Part shown: positions 36,774 through 46,771 of the stretch, one piece after another
Position numbering within the stretch: position 1 is the first letter of the stretch
Layout: every line of letters starts with the position of its first letter
The notes under the pieces: generated by a model
Database searches by the model: none
Told to the model about the DNA's origin: nothing
The model's input: the letters and a program-made list of their open reading frames with translations, nothing else
Virus record (IMG/VR): IMGVR_UViG_3300027996_002186
Coordinates: 248,001-312,000 of that record
Reading direction: 5' to 3' (one strand)
Length of the DNA: 64,000 nt
Made by a program: the position numbers and the translations under genes

Positions 36774-39700
36774 TTATATTATTATTGTTTTTATATTTGT
36801 TAGTGTTTGACTAATAGTTACATCAATAGATGCTGTTCCATTAATCTGAATTGTATCAGGTATAATTTGAAGTCCTGTTGAATCATATGTTTGTATAATT
36901 AAATCTTCTGTATTTAAATTGTGTATAATTGTTTCAGCTACACTAGCAGTGAAGTTTCTTATATCACTTACTTTGTTTATTATATCCGAAGTCAAGGCAA
37001 TAGTTCCTGACGCATCAGGTAGTCTCCAAGTTCTGTCTGCCATTAATACTGATGAACCTAACCTTCCACCAAATATAGTTCCGTTTGCTTGTATAAATTC
37101 AAACATTCTATCTGATGTTGTGCTATCAAGCCAAAATCCTGATGTCATTAATCCAATACCCCCACTAAACTCCATTTCATCACCAGTATCGTCTATTAGA
37201 ACCACACCAGCCGTATTACCTTCAATAATCAAAGAACCACTATCGTTGTATATATTATCTCCGACAAATTGTAGTTGATTAAGTCCCATTGCAATATTAC
37301 CACTCATCGTTCCACCAGCAAGAGGTAAGAAATCTCCAGTAGGATTACCAGAAACTAAAGCAACTGTACCTGTTGCGTCAGGCATTCCCCAACTCCTATC
37401 TGTTGTTGGTAAAGTCGATAGGTCTAAAGTATTCTCGATACCAGATAACGTAGCTCTAATCGTTCCGTCACTTGCATCCATGACCAGCGACCCAGGAGCC
37501 ATACCACTACCAGTTATAGTTATTTGAGGACCACTATCCGAAAAATCGTAGGTTTGACCATTCGCATCTATTGTTGTATTTTTATTAGACCGTATAGTTA
37601 ATACACCGGCCGGATTTGTAATATAACCAAGATTTCCTCCAAAGTCAATAGCAGTAGCTCCAGTAAGAGTTATCTCGTCTGCATAAATATCGTAACCTCC
37701 ATTGGTAATATCACCGCTCATTGTGCCACCAGCAAGTGGAAGATACGTTCCAGATAATGTACTAGGTGAGAATTTAACACCATCAAACAAAAGAGCTTGT
37801 CCGTTTGTTGCTGATGTTGGATCAATTTCAACTGAATTAACAGAGAATGAAGAACCAACGACATAAACACCATCAGTTGCTAATAAATCTAAGTTAGTAC
37901 TTGATAATGTAGTATCACCGCCAGATAAAATCTGTGTAGAACCTGTTCCAGAATCCAAACTAACAAAGTCACTTTCAACATCAAAAACAGATGATGTGAA
38001 TAGTAAATACCCAATATCACCTAGTGTAATATCATACCCATCAGAATTAATGGAAGTGTTTTGTGATAATGTACCACCTAATCCAATATAGTCAGACGTA
38101 ATAGATAAACCATTATTAACTTGAGCATCTAAAGTAACAACACCAGCAGTTCCACCACCAGTAAGTCCTTGACCACCTATAACTTCTGTTATATAATCGT
38201 TATTAATGTTATCAATTGCTATCCATAAAGAATTAGTAGCTGTGTCTAAATCAGATGATAAAGAAACTGTTCCGCTAATATTAGGCATTATCCAATCCCT
38301 ATTATCTGTTAATATAGAGCTTTTTATATCTCCGGTAAATGATCCACTAAGTCCAAATCTAAAACCAAATGTTCCACCAATCGCAAGGCTGGTGTTTGTG
38401 AATTCCATTTTATTAGTACCATCTTGTTCAAATCTAATTTGACCAGTAGAACCACCATCTAATACAACATCACCACCTGGTTTATTATTGTATAAAACAA
38501 CTTCATTACCGGCTGATTGGTATTGTAATCCAGAGTACGCATCAGTTGATAAGTTAATGTATGAATTATCTAATAGTTGAAGTGCTTCTCCAGATGATAA
38601 ATTAATAGAACCGGACATTGTTCCACCAGTAAGTGGTAAGTAATTACCAACTTGTGTATCTACATAAGTAATAGAAGATACAGTTCCAAAATCAACTGAT
38701 AGTTCGTTATTTGTTTTGGTTAAACCACTTCCTGCTTCTGTTATAATTGTAGATTCAGAACCCGAAAGTCCAAGAGCCCAATATTCAAGTGTTTCATCCC
38801 ATATTATGGATGATGATTGTGATGAACCTCTTAATACGTGAACACCAGCATCTAAGAATGGTGTTCCTGAACTATAAGTAGCATTTAATGTTATTATATT
38901 ATCAGCTACATATAATTCTTCTGTATTTACATAAGTTGCTGTTCCCGAAACAGTTAAATCACCAGATATAATTACAGAATCAGCAAATGTTCTATTACCA
39001 ACAACCGTATCTTTTAATCTTATTTGATTATTAGAATCAACTTCCAATGAATTTGAATTCAATTCTAATGTTATATCATCTACGGAAAAAGTAAGTCCTG
39101 AGTTTGTTTCTAGATTAACATCTAAAGTAACTACACCAGCAGTTCCACCACCAGTTAAACCAACACCACCTATAACTTCTGTTATATAATCATTGTTTAT
39201 ATTATCAATTGCTGTCCATAATGAAGATGTTCCACTATCGACATATAGTTTACTAACTAAAGAATTATTAACAAATGTTCCTGAGTAATCAGTTACATAA
39301 ACAAATCCTTGTAAATTACCAGTAAAAACACTTGCTGTATTAGCAGCATTAATTGATATATCAGTATCTAATGATATGTTTGTTGGTAAAAAAGGATCTG
39401 GTGATATATAAATTGAGTTTGGTGATCCGTTGTAATCTAGGTGTATTTCCGAACTACCATTTGAAGAAAGAATATTAGTACTGGTACCCATTATTATATT
39501 ATGAGTACCGGAATTATTATCAATTAATAAAACATCACTCAGTCCGGATGTATTAACATCAGAAGACCAATAAATATTTCCCAATCCATCACTTGTTAAT
39601 AATTGACCAGAAGAACCATCAATATTAGGTAATGTATAAGAATCATTTATATTAAGACTACCACCTATATAAACATAATTAGATTGTGATCCTGTTATAG

Positions 39701-40310
39701 ATTGTCCACCAATTATAACAGAGTTAACCACACCAGGACTCATCATTGAATTTCTAGTACCAACAAAAACAGCTTGTTTGTTATTATCACTAGTTGATGA
39801 TGTTGAACTACCATTATTTGATATTTTCAAATCATCGCGTGATAACAAACCAACACCTAATTTCAAATCACCCAATGTATTATATAATTCAATATTATCA
39901 GTTCCATCATGAAGCACTAAAGCTTGTGAATATCCATTAGCAAAAAGTGAATAATTTGAATCATCCATTAAAATACCATGTTCTCCTTGAGAAGCATTAT
40001 CAGTTGATATTAATATTGAATTTGTACTACCAGAATAATCTAAATCTATTCTACCTCCACCATTTGATGATAATATCGAAGTTGATGTTCCCATTATTAA
40101 GGGTACATTAGCAATGTTTGAGATACCCATAACTTCACTCAGAGAAGGGGTTAAACCTAATTCTGGACCACCACCAATTTCGGTGATAATTCCAAATTCA
40201 TCTTTTTGTTTTAATATACCATCTAAATCATAAGCCACAACTTTACCACCACTTGATGGAGTTGCCGCTGTTAACATATCTAAGGTACTGCCGAATATTA
40301 CTGATGCCAT
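36774..40310 (-). CDS. Long tail fibre protein
   Basis: 1178 aa; 3x [YF]LPL[AT]GGTMSG, 3x R.W.[ML]P..[ST]GT[VI].L; AATATATA at 40334-40341. Confidence 0.75.
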   Translation of the reverse strand: MASVIFGSTLDMLTAATPSSGGKVVAYDLDGILKQKDEFGIITEIGGGPELGLTPSLSEVMGISNIANVPLIMGTSTSILSSNGGGRIDLDYSGSTNSILISTDNASQGEHGILMDDSNYSLFANGYSQALVLHDGTDNIELYNTLGDLKLGVGLLSRDDLKISNNGSSTSSTSDNNKQAVFVGTRNSMMSPGVVNSVIIGGQSITGSQSNYVYIGGSLNINDSYTLPNIDGSSGQLLTSDGLGNIYWSSDVNTSGLSDVLLIDNNSGTHNIIMGTSTNILSSNGSSEIHLDYNGSPNSIYISPDPFLPTNISLDTDISINAANTASVFTGNLQGFVYVTDYSGTFVNNSLVSKLYVDSGTSSLWTAIDNINNDYITEVIGGVGLTGGGTAGVVTLDVNLETNSGLTFSVDDITLELNSNSLEVDSNNQIRLKDTVVGNRTFADSVIISGDLTVSGTATYVNTEELYVADNIITLNATYSSGTPFLDAGVHVLRGSSQSSSIIWDETLEYWALGLSGSESTIITEAGSGLTKTNNELSVDFGTVSSITYVDTQVGNYLPLTGGTMSGSINLSSGEALQLLDNSYINLSTDAYSGLQYQSAGNEVVLYNNKPGGDVVLDGGSTGQIRFEQDGTNKMEFTNTSLAIGGTFGFRFGLSGSFTGDIKSSILTDNRDWIMPNISGTVSLSSDLDTATNSLWIAIDNINNDYITEVIGGQGLTGGGTAGVVTLDAQVNNGLSITSDYIGLGGTLSQNTSINSDGYDITLGDIGYLLFTSSVFDVESDFVSLDSGTGSTQILSGGDTTLSSTNLDLLATDGVYVVGSSFSVNSVEIDPTSATNGQALLFDGVKFSPSTLSGTYLPLAGGTMSGDITNGGYDIYADEITLTGATAIDFGGNLGYITNPAGVLTIRSNKNTTIDANGQTYDFSDSGPQITITGSGMAPGSLVMDASDGTIRATLSGIENTLDLSTLPTTDRSWGMPDATGTVALVSGNPTGDFLPLAGGTMSGNIAMGLNQLQFVGDNIYNDSGSLIIEGNTAGVVLIDDTGDEMEFSGGIGLMTSGFWLDSTTSDRMFEFIQANGTIFGGRLGSSVLMADRTWRLPDASGTIALTSDIINKVSDIRNFTASVAETIIHNLNTEDLIIQTYDSTGLQIIPDTIQINGTASIDVTISQTLTNIKTIII
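38128..38227. repeat. ~100 bp internal direct repeat in fibre gene (copy 2 at 39121-39220)
   Basis: Both encode W.AIDNINNDYITEVIGG.GLTGGGTAGVVTLD. Confidence 0.9.
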
Positions 40311-40366
40311 TATAAAATATTATTTTATTACTCTATATATTATTTCTGAATATTCTTTTTATTTAT

Positions 40367-40374
40367 TATATTTG
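40367..40374 (+). promoter_or_regulatory. TAnnTTTG promoter element
   Basis: TATATTTG upstream of M42 gene. Confidence 0.5.
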
Positions 40375-40455
40375 TAAAAAACATATAATGAATTATAACT
40401 TCTGATTAAATCAGTGATATACAATTAGAAGGAATATTAATCAAATAATAAATAA

Positions 40456-41526
40456 ATGAAAGTAAACGAAAAATTCTTAGAAAAGTACCTAAATTCTAAT
40501 TCACCAACTGGTTTTGAATACCAATTAGGTGGACAGAAAGTTTGGATGGACTATATCTCAAAGTTTGTAGATAAAGTTGAAATTGATAATTATGGAACAG
40601 CCTATGGTGTGATGGGTAATTTAGATTCAGATTTCAAAGTAGTGATAGAAGCACACGCTGATGAAATCTCTTGGTTTGTCAATTACATAGACTCTAAGGG
40701 TTATATTAAAGTTATTCGTAATGGAGGGTCAGATGCAACAATTGCACCGTCTATGAGAGTAACATTACACGGTGAAAATGGACCAGTTGATGGTGTATTT
40801 GGACATCCAGCTATTCATATAAAGAATAGAAAAAAAGAAGCAACTTTAGATTCAATTTTTATTGATGTTGGAGCTTCTTCAAAAGAAGATGTTGAGAAAA
40901 TGGGTATTCAAATCGGGACCGTTATAACATTCAAAGATAATTTCATGAAACTTGGAGAAAACTATTATACAGGTAGAGCACTTGATAATAGAATAGGTGG
41001 GGTTATGATAGCAGAAGTTGCTAGAAAATTAAAAGAGAAGGGTAAGAAATTACCATTCAAACTTTACGTAGTTAATAGTGTTCAAGAAGAAATTGGATTA
41101 AGAGGAGCACAAATGATTGCTGATACACTTAAACCAAATGTTGCAATTATCACAGATGTATGTCACGAAACATCATCACCTTGTTATACACCTAGTAAAC
41201 AAGGAGAACATATTGCTGGTAATGGTGGAGTTGTAACAAGAGCACCAGCAGTTCACAACATTTTAAGAAAACTTATTTTAGATACTGGTGATGAGAAAAA
41301 GATTCCATATCAATTAGCGGCTTCATCAAGAGCTACTGGAACTGACACAGATGCGTTTGCGTTTTCTAACGGAGGAGTACCATCAGCACTTATCTCTCTA
41401 CCTTTGAAGTATATGCACACGACTTGTGAAACTGTTCATAAAGATGATGTTAAGAATGTTATTAAGTTAATATACCAAACACTTCTTAATATTGAAGAGA
41501 ACCACAATTTTAAGTATAATGTCTAA
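40456..41526 (+). CDS. M42-family aminopeptidase
   Basis: IEAHADEI, RALDNRIG, SVQEEIGLRGA, TDV, GTDTD, YMHT. Confidence 0.95.
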   Translation: MKVNEKFLEKYLNSNSPTGFEYQLGGQKVWMDYISKFVDKVEIDNYGTAYGVMGNLDSDFKVVIEAHADEISWFVNYIDSKGYIKVIRNGGSDATIAPSMRVTLHGENGPVDGVFGHPAIHIKNRKKEATLDSIFIDVGASSKEDVEKMGIQIGTVITFKDNFMKLGENYYTGRALDNRIGGVMIAEVARKLKEKGKKLPFKLYVVNSVQEEIGLRGAQMIADTLKPNVAIITDVCHETSSPCYTPSKQGEHIAGNGGVVTRAPAVHNILRKLILDTGDEKKIPYQLAASSRATGTDTDAFAFSNGGVPSALISLPLKYMHTTCETVHKDDVKNVIKLIYQTLLNIEENHNFKYNV

Positions 41527-41827
41527 GACTGATAAAGAGAAAGCTTATAATTTATCTTGTAGATTCAGAAGAATAAATCTCATACGTAGTTTGAAGGATT
41601 TTTCTATCGAGCATCAAGAGTATGAATTTGCGGCATATCTTAGAGATATTGAAAGAGATATTGAAAAGGAACATGATTTTGATGAAGAGGTATTAACACT
41701 TGATGATGTCTATATAAGATTGACAAAATTATATGAGAAAATGAGAGAGAGTAATTCAAAAGATTATCTTAACTCAGTATTAAGAGAACATAAAATAGAT
41801 ACAATACTAAAAAACCCACTCGATTGA
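41519..41827 (+). CDS. UVR-motif-like protein with RxxK tag
   Basis: QEYEFAAYLRDIE; REHKIDTIL near C-terminus. Confidence 0.65.
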   Translation: MSKTDKEKAYNLSCRFRRINLIRSLKDFSIEHQEYEFAAYLRDIERDIEKEHDFDEEVLTLDDVYIRLTKLYEKMRESNSKDYLNSVLREHKIDTILKNPLD

Positions 41828-41837
41828 GTGGGTTTTT
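41810..41837. terminator. Bidirectional intrinsic terminator
   Basis: AAAAACCCACTC-GATT-GAGTGGGTTTTT. Confidence 0.85.
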
Positions 41838-41840
41838 GTT

Positions 41841-42209
41841 TTAATATTTTGGTATTTTCATATCGGTTGAAATTTCAATCTTAAATCCAAATCCTAGTTC
41901 ATCATCAGATCCATACTTAGTATGTGATTCATATCCATCTTGTCCTTCAAATGTTATTGGTTTAGGTCCGTTTTGAGCTTTTATTCTATCTTGTTCAGCT
42001 TTTTTCTTAGCTTCTTCTTGAGCAACCATTTCCTCAAATGTTTGTGCTGGTTTTACTGGTTCAACTTCTTGTTTGTGAGTTGAGAAGCTTTCATCTGGGT
42101 TATGACCATATCTACGTAGAATTTCTTCTGCCTCTGATCCAGTTATTTCTCTCTCGGCTTCAACCTTCTGACCTTCTATTTGTCTAGTATTTGCTAATCC
42201 TCTATTCAT
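41841..42209 (-). CDS. Hypothetical protein
   Basis: ORF; AATATATA 4 nt upstream (42214-42221). Confidence 0.7.
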   Translation of the reverse strand: MNRGLANTRQIEGQKVEAEREITGSEAEEILRRYGHNPDESFSTHKQEVEPVKPAQTFEEMVAQEEAKKKAEQDRIKAQNGPKPITFEGQDGYESHTKYGSDDELGFGFKIEISTDMKIPKY

Positions 42210-42241
42210 ATCTTATATATTAATTTCTAAAACCCACTCTG

Positions 42242-42973
42242 TTATTTAATTAGAATACTAAATTCTGATTTTATATCATCAACTTTACCACTTAGTAACT
42301 TCTCAATATAATCCAAATCTCCTTCTTTGTACCAATCTCCAATCCATTTGCCTGTTATCCTTGAAAAATAATTAGAATTGGCTCTACCACGAATTGAAAT
42401 ATAATCAATAGTATATTTACTATCATTAAGATATGATATTAAACTAACTATGTTACTTACTAATTCTTCATCAGTAATATTAGATTCAAATTTTGATGAG
42501 TAGTTACCTTTTATATTTATTGAATAGGTGTATTTATCTGATCCCTTTACCATTTTTAGAAATTTTGGAAATAAATCTACATAATGATACCAATCTCTAT
42601 CTCGACCAAATGACTTTGTTAATACATGAACGGTGTTGGCTTCTATACCAACTGATACTTTATAACTATTATCGGTTAAATCAAGTAAAAAATCTTTTAT
42701 ATTACCAAGAAGTTCATCATCAACATCAATAACATCTTTAGAATATGTGATATACTTATATACTGTATTTATATCTTCATCTGATAGATTACCCATTTCA
42801 TCTTCTACCCAATAAGGATTTTCTATATCATAACCACCTCTTGTTAATATAGCATATACCCGACCAGTATCCGGATCCAAAACATGACCAATTGATTGAA
42901 GTTCGATAAAATTATCTGGTATAGGTTCACTTTTCCATTCAAATACTTTACTATATTTTTTCAAATACTTCAT
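42242..42973 (-). CDS. Putative internal head protein
   Basis: Start moved to MKYLKKYSKVFE (track extension overlaps the tRNA); AATATATA at 42979-42986. Confidence 0.7.
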   Translation of the reverse strand: MKYLKKYSKVFEWKSEPIPDNFIELQSIGHVLDPDTGRVYAILTRGGYDIENPYWVEDEMGNLSDEDINTVYKYITYSKDVIDVDDELLGNIKDFLLDLTDNSYKVSVGIEANTVHVLTKSFGRDRDWYHYVDLFPKFLKMVKGSDKYTYSINIKGNYSSKFESNITDEELVSNIVSLISYLNDSKYTIDYISIRGRANSNYFSRITGKWIGDWYKEGDLDYIEKLLSGKVDDIKSEFSILIK

Positions 42974-43054
42974 AACAATATATATTAAGTTACTAACTTT
43001 GAAAATAAATTCCAAAAGGATACCAACCTTTTTAATATATAAACGTATATATAT

Positions 43055-43126
<72 letters not shown>

Positions 43127-43283
43127 CTAAAAGAGAAGAAATTCCCAAATAAATGAAAATAAATTTGGTTAGAAATAACTAAATGTTAAATAACTGGAGT
43201 TTTTTAATTTATTCTAAATATGTAATAATCTACTCTATGTAAATAATTTTCGGATTCAAATAGTTTATATGCTTTTAAGTATC

Positions 43284-43940
43284 TCATCTTTTTGATATCT
43301 TGGTGTGTATATTTTCTTCTTCCTTTGATAACATTTCCTCAAGATATAAATAAATGTATTTTCTATACCTTTTAAGTATATTCTCATCACAAACTCTATT
43401 AATAGTACCCCATAGTTGTTTCCACTGTAATTGCTCAAATCCCTTTGTATCTAATCTATGAATAGCTTCTTTAACTGTTTGACTTTTCTTTGAAAGGTCA
43501 TTTGCTATTGTCCAAGAGAAAGCCATTATTTCTTCTTTATCAGAGAAATACTTATTTTGTTCAATAGGGTTTGGTAATTCAAATTTTATTCCTCTTCTTC
43601 TTTTAGTTTGCTCTTTGTGAATTAATTCATGGCCAATTATATCATTAACTATTTCTTTGAAATTTGGAAATCTTTTAATGATCTTATCATCAGATATTAC
43701 AAACATTGGTTTTTTTCTCTCAGGGTGGAAGAGTGCAAAAAATGGGGCAAATTTTGGTGGAGCTGTTTTCTTATCAAGTTCATTTAATGAATCATAAAAT
43801 TCATCATACCCAACTACATCAAAATCATTTTGATTTCCATATTCAACTAAATCATCAAATGAATTGATAAATAAATCGCTTTCTATTTTTTGTGGAATAA
43901 TAACTGCTTCGAATGTCTTGTATGTTTTAAGATATTTCAT
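43284..43940 (-). CDS. Putative internal head protein with HExxH zinc motif
   Basis: MKYLKTYKTFEA; GHELIHKEQ...EIMAFS; AATATATA at 43945-43952. Confidence 0.7.
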   Translation of the reverse strand: MKYLKTYKTFEAVIIPQKIESDLFINSFDDLVEYGNQNDFDVVGYDEFYDSLNELDKKTAPPKFAPFFALFHPERKKPMFVISDDKIIKRFPNFKEIVNDIIGHELIHKEQTKRRRGIKFELPNPIEQNKYFSDKEEIMAFSWTIANDLSKKSQTVKEAIHRLDTKGFEQLQWKQLWGTINRVCDENILKRYRKYIYLYLEEMLSKEEENIHTKISKR

Positions 43941-43990
43941 AATGTATATATTCATATCATGAAACATGAAATCAATAGAATAATAAAAAC

Positions 43991-44017
43991 AAAAAGTCCA
44001 GATTAACTGGACTTTTT
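43991..44017. terminator. Intrinsic terminator
   Basis: AAAAAGTCCAG-ATTAA-CTGGACTTTTT. Confidence 0.85.
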
Positions 44018-44024
44018 ATTTAAT

Positions 44025-44681
44025 TTATTTACTATTGAGATATTCACTTTTGTAAGTAGACCAAGCTTTTCTTGTAAAAGGACCGAAACTACCATACCCA
44101 TTTGATTTGTTAACGTTTTTACCTTTAACCCAACCTGAGTGAGTAACATCCATCCAATCTTGGAAAGCTCTAACATCATCAGGAGCATCTGGTTTAACTG
44201 GTTTAGTTGGTTCGGGTTCTTTATCAAGACCTTGTATAAATGAATCAATCAATCTAGAAACCATTTCCGGTTTTTCATCAGATTTGAATTTAACTTTTAT
44301 TTTAGCTAAACCAGAACCGTCTGGGTTTTTACCAGAGTCCACTTCTATACCTTTGATGTTATGTTCGTGACTATCTTCTTTATTTTTGAAGAATCCTAAT
44401 ATACTTCTTTTTAAGTCTGATGGTTCGTTATCACCAATCACCAATCTAGCATCAAACTCTATATCAAGTTCATCTACCCCAATTGAAGAATGATCTGCTA
44501 ATATGTATAATGGTACATAAACATCTTTATCACCAATAACAAACTTTTGTGTTTTTGGAGCACCATTATCATTAAAATAATTTGATAGGTTATTGATATG
44601 TTGTTTTTCTGCAATTCTACCAGCTACCATCGCGGCTTCTAATAAACCACCCACTAATTCCTCTATATTCAATCTTGCCAT
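44025..44681 (-). CDS. DUF2589-like protein with C-terminal possible peptidoglycan-binding extension
   Basis: LNIEELVGGLLEA, VPLYIL..HSSIGVDELDIEF, PEMVSRL; PT/KP linker then VRAFQDW...GSFGPFTRKAW. Confidence 0.6.
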   Translation of the reverse strand: MARLNIEELVGGLLEAAMVAGRIAEKQHINNLSNYFNDNGAPKTQKFVIGDKDVYVPLYILADHSSIGVDELDIEFDARLVIGDNEPSDLKRSILGFFKNKEDSHEHNIKGIEVDSGKNPDGSGLAKIKVKFKSDEKPEMVSRLIDSFIQGLDKEPEPTKPVKPDAPDDVRAFQDWMDVTHSGWVKGKNVNKSNGYGSFGPFTRKAWSTYKSEYLNSK

Positions 44682-44731
44682 CTATTTTATATATTTTTCT
44701 TCTTATTATAGACATAAAATAATCTAAGTTT

Positions 44732-44766
44732 AAAAAAAAGGGTGGTTATTAAATAACCACCCTTTT
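44732..44766. terminator. Intrinsic terminator
   Basis: AAAAGGGTGGTTATT/AATAACCACCCTTTT perfect inverted repeat. Confidence 0.8.
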
Positions 44767-44783
44767 AATAATTTTAATTCTAA

Positions 44784-45389
44784 TTATTTATCTTTCTTAT
44801 CACCTTCATTCATTGGAATAGCAGATGGTTCTAACATTTGTATTAGATAATCTGATAATTTCAACATACCCTCAGTTGGTGGTAATTGCTCAGCATGAAC
44901 TTTTACATTATACTTAGCTGAATTATCAGTACTTCTAGTATTTTCTTTGTGTGTAGAAACTTTACCAGAAACACTTGCTGAATATTTCATTCCCCAGAAA
45001 CCTCCGGATGCAGATGCTTCAACTTTTGTTTCAGTATCAAGACTTGATTTATCAACTTCAGCAGTTTTTACTTCCATTGTGAATTCAATATCCGCTGATG
45101 TAATAGCTAATGATGGAAGAGGTACTAATGGCAACATTGGAATTTTCGAATAAACTTTTTCTAAAGATTGAACACCTTCACCATCAGTAACTACTCTATT
45201 CATTTCAACATCCAAAGACCTTGCTGTTGTTACACCATCATCATCAGTTACGAAAGCAACCTCTGAGATATATTTCCAGGTTACATCATTTAATTGAGCT
45301 TGTCCTTTCGCCATACCAACTAATGGTGATACAATAAGATCTTCAATTGGTAGTCCAGAGAATTGTGACGCTATGTTATTTTCTGCCAT
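44784..45389 (-). CDS. DUF2589-family protein
   Basis: QFSGLPIEDLIVSPL..MAKGQ, IPMLPLVPLPSLAI..ADIEFTMEV, TRSTDNSAKYNV...PPTEGM; AATATATA at 45411-45418. Confidence 0.8.
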   Translation of the reverse strand: MAENNIASQFSGLPIEDLIVSPLVGMAKGQAQLNDVTWKYISEVAFVTDDDGVTTARSLDVEMNRVVTDGEGVQSLEKVYSKIPMLPLVPLPSLAITSADIEFTMEVKTAEVDKSSLDTETKVEASASGGFWGMKYSASVSGKVSTHKENTRSTDNSAKYNVKVHAEQLPPTEGMLKLSDYLIQMLEPSAIPMNEGDKKDK

Positions 45390-45436
45390 AATTTATTTGT
45401 TATTTGTTATTATATATTAAAAGGTAAATACGTTTT

Positions 45437-45640
45437 TTATTTAAATTTCGTTGTTTTTTCATACCTTTTCTTTATATCATTAATATCTCCCAACACCTTA
45501 GAAAACTTATCTTTTATGTCTTTATCAACTGTGAAATTTAAAATGATATCACAAAAAGGACATTTTGAAATTGGGTTTTTAATGATAAATTTTAAGTCTA
45601 ATCCGATATCTTTTCCACAAGAAGGACAAGGTAAAGCCAT
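45437..45640 (-). CDS. Small zinc-ribbon protein
   Basis: CPSC...CPFC. Confidence 0.75.
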   Translation of the reverse strand: MALPCPSCGKDIGLDLKFIIKNPISKCPFCDIILNFTVDKDIKDKFSKVLGDINDIKKRYEKTTKFK

Positions 45641-45725
45641 ACATTTAATTTTTTTTTATATTTTATATATCATTTTTTACATATTTGTTATTTAATTAGA
45701 ACACTCATTATTTTATAAATAATGA

Positions 45726-46235
45726 ATGGGAAGAAAATCAAGTATAAATAAAATAAAGAGAGATAATTCAAAAAGCAAAAACATAGAAGCGGCTATGTGT
45801 ATGTATCTGTATGAGAAATCACACTCACCAATCACAACACACTTTACTGGCATGGGTCTTATGGAATGTGATGTACTTTCAATTTCAAAGGCCGATTATA
45901 TCTATGAGTATGAGGTGAAGATTAGTAGAGCTGATTTTAAGAAAGATTTTATAAAAGAAAAACACACTCATATAATAAATGAGAAGTATACCAGAACTCG
46001 AAAGGGTTCATTAGTATATTTACTTCCAAATTACTTTAACTTTGTCACACCAAAAGATTTAATCTCAATAGATGAAGTTCCTGATTATGCTGGTCTAATT
46101 TATATGAACGAGGATAGTAGTTTCACTATTGTTAAAAAACCAAAACTTTTACACAAGACAAAAGCTAACGAGGCTTTTATCAGACAAGTTGCACATAATC
46201 TGAGCTGTAAACTTATTTTCAAGAAAATTTCTTAA
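45726..46235 (+). CDS. PD-(D/E)xK nuclease-fold protein (MmcB-like)
   Basis: ECDVL, YEYEVKISRADFKKD, PNYFNFVTP, YAGL. Confidence 0.7.
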   Translation: MGRKSSINKIKRDNSKSKNIEAAMCMYLYEKSHSPITTHFTGMGLMECDVLSISKADYIYEYEVKISRADFKKDFIKEKHTHIINEKYTRTRKGSLVYLLPNYFNFVTPKDLISIDEVPDYAGLIYMNEDSSFTIVKKPKLLHKTKANEAFIRQVAHNLSCKLIFKKIS

Positions 46236-46389
46236 AATGCTCTTTCTACGTAACTTCGATCCTGTTTATCCATATTCAAAACTATATCATATAGTTTATC
46301 ATAATCAAACTCAATAAAGACACCCATTAAACCACCATATCTATCATCAAGTATATTAAAACTTGTATGTTATTTTTAATATAAATGAT

Positions 46390-46713
46390 ATGGAGAAATG
46401 TAGAAGAGTACATCACAGAAAGGAACCTTATGATATACTAATTGATAGAACTTCAAAATGGGGTTCTCCATATAGCACAAAATCACATTCAAAAGCTAAG
46501 TATTTAGTTTCTAGTAGAAAAGAAGCTATTGATAATCACAAAGAATGGTTACAATATGGTGATGGCCAATATCTATTAGAAGACTTACATGAACTCAAAG
46601 GTAAAGTATTGGGTTGTTGGTGTAATCCAAATCAAACTTGTCATGGTGACATACTTGTTAAACTAGTAAATAATTTAGATAAGAAGGGATTGGAAGATGT
46701 TTTCTTTGGATAA
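46390..46713 (+). CDS. DUF4326-domain protein
   Basis: IDRTSKWGSPY, LKGKVLGCWC...CHGDIL. Confidence 0.85.
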   Translation: MEKCRRVHHRKEPYDILIDRTSKWGSPYSTKSHSKAKYLVSSRKEAIDNHKEWLQYGDGQYLLEDLHELKGKVLGCWCNPNQTCHGDILVKLVNNLDKKGLEDVFFG

Positions 46714-46771
46714 ACTTTTAACATCTAAAGTGATAAGAGATATATGAATCAAAAGATAAAATAATATCGAA

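Noticed and set aside
46233-46328. Possible 31 aa minus-strand ORF MGVFIEFDYDK...
   Set aside because: No motif or clear promoter spacing; weak support
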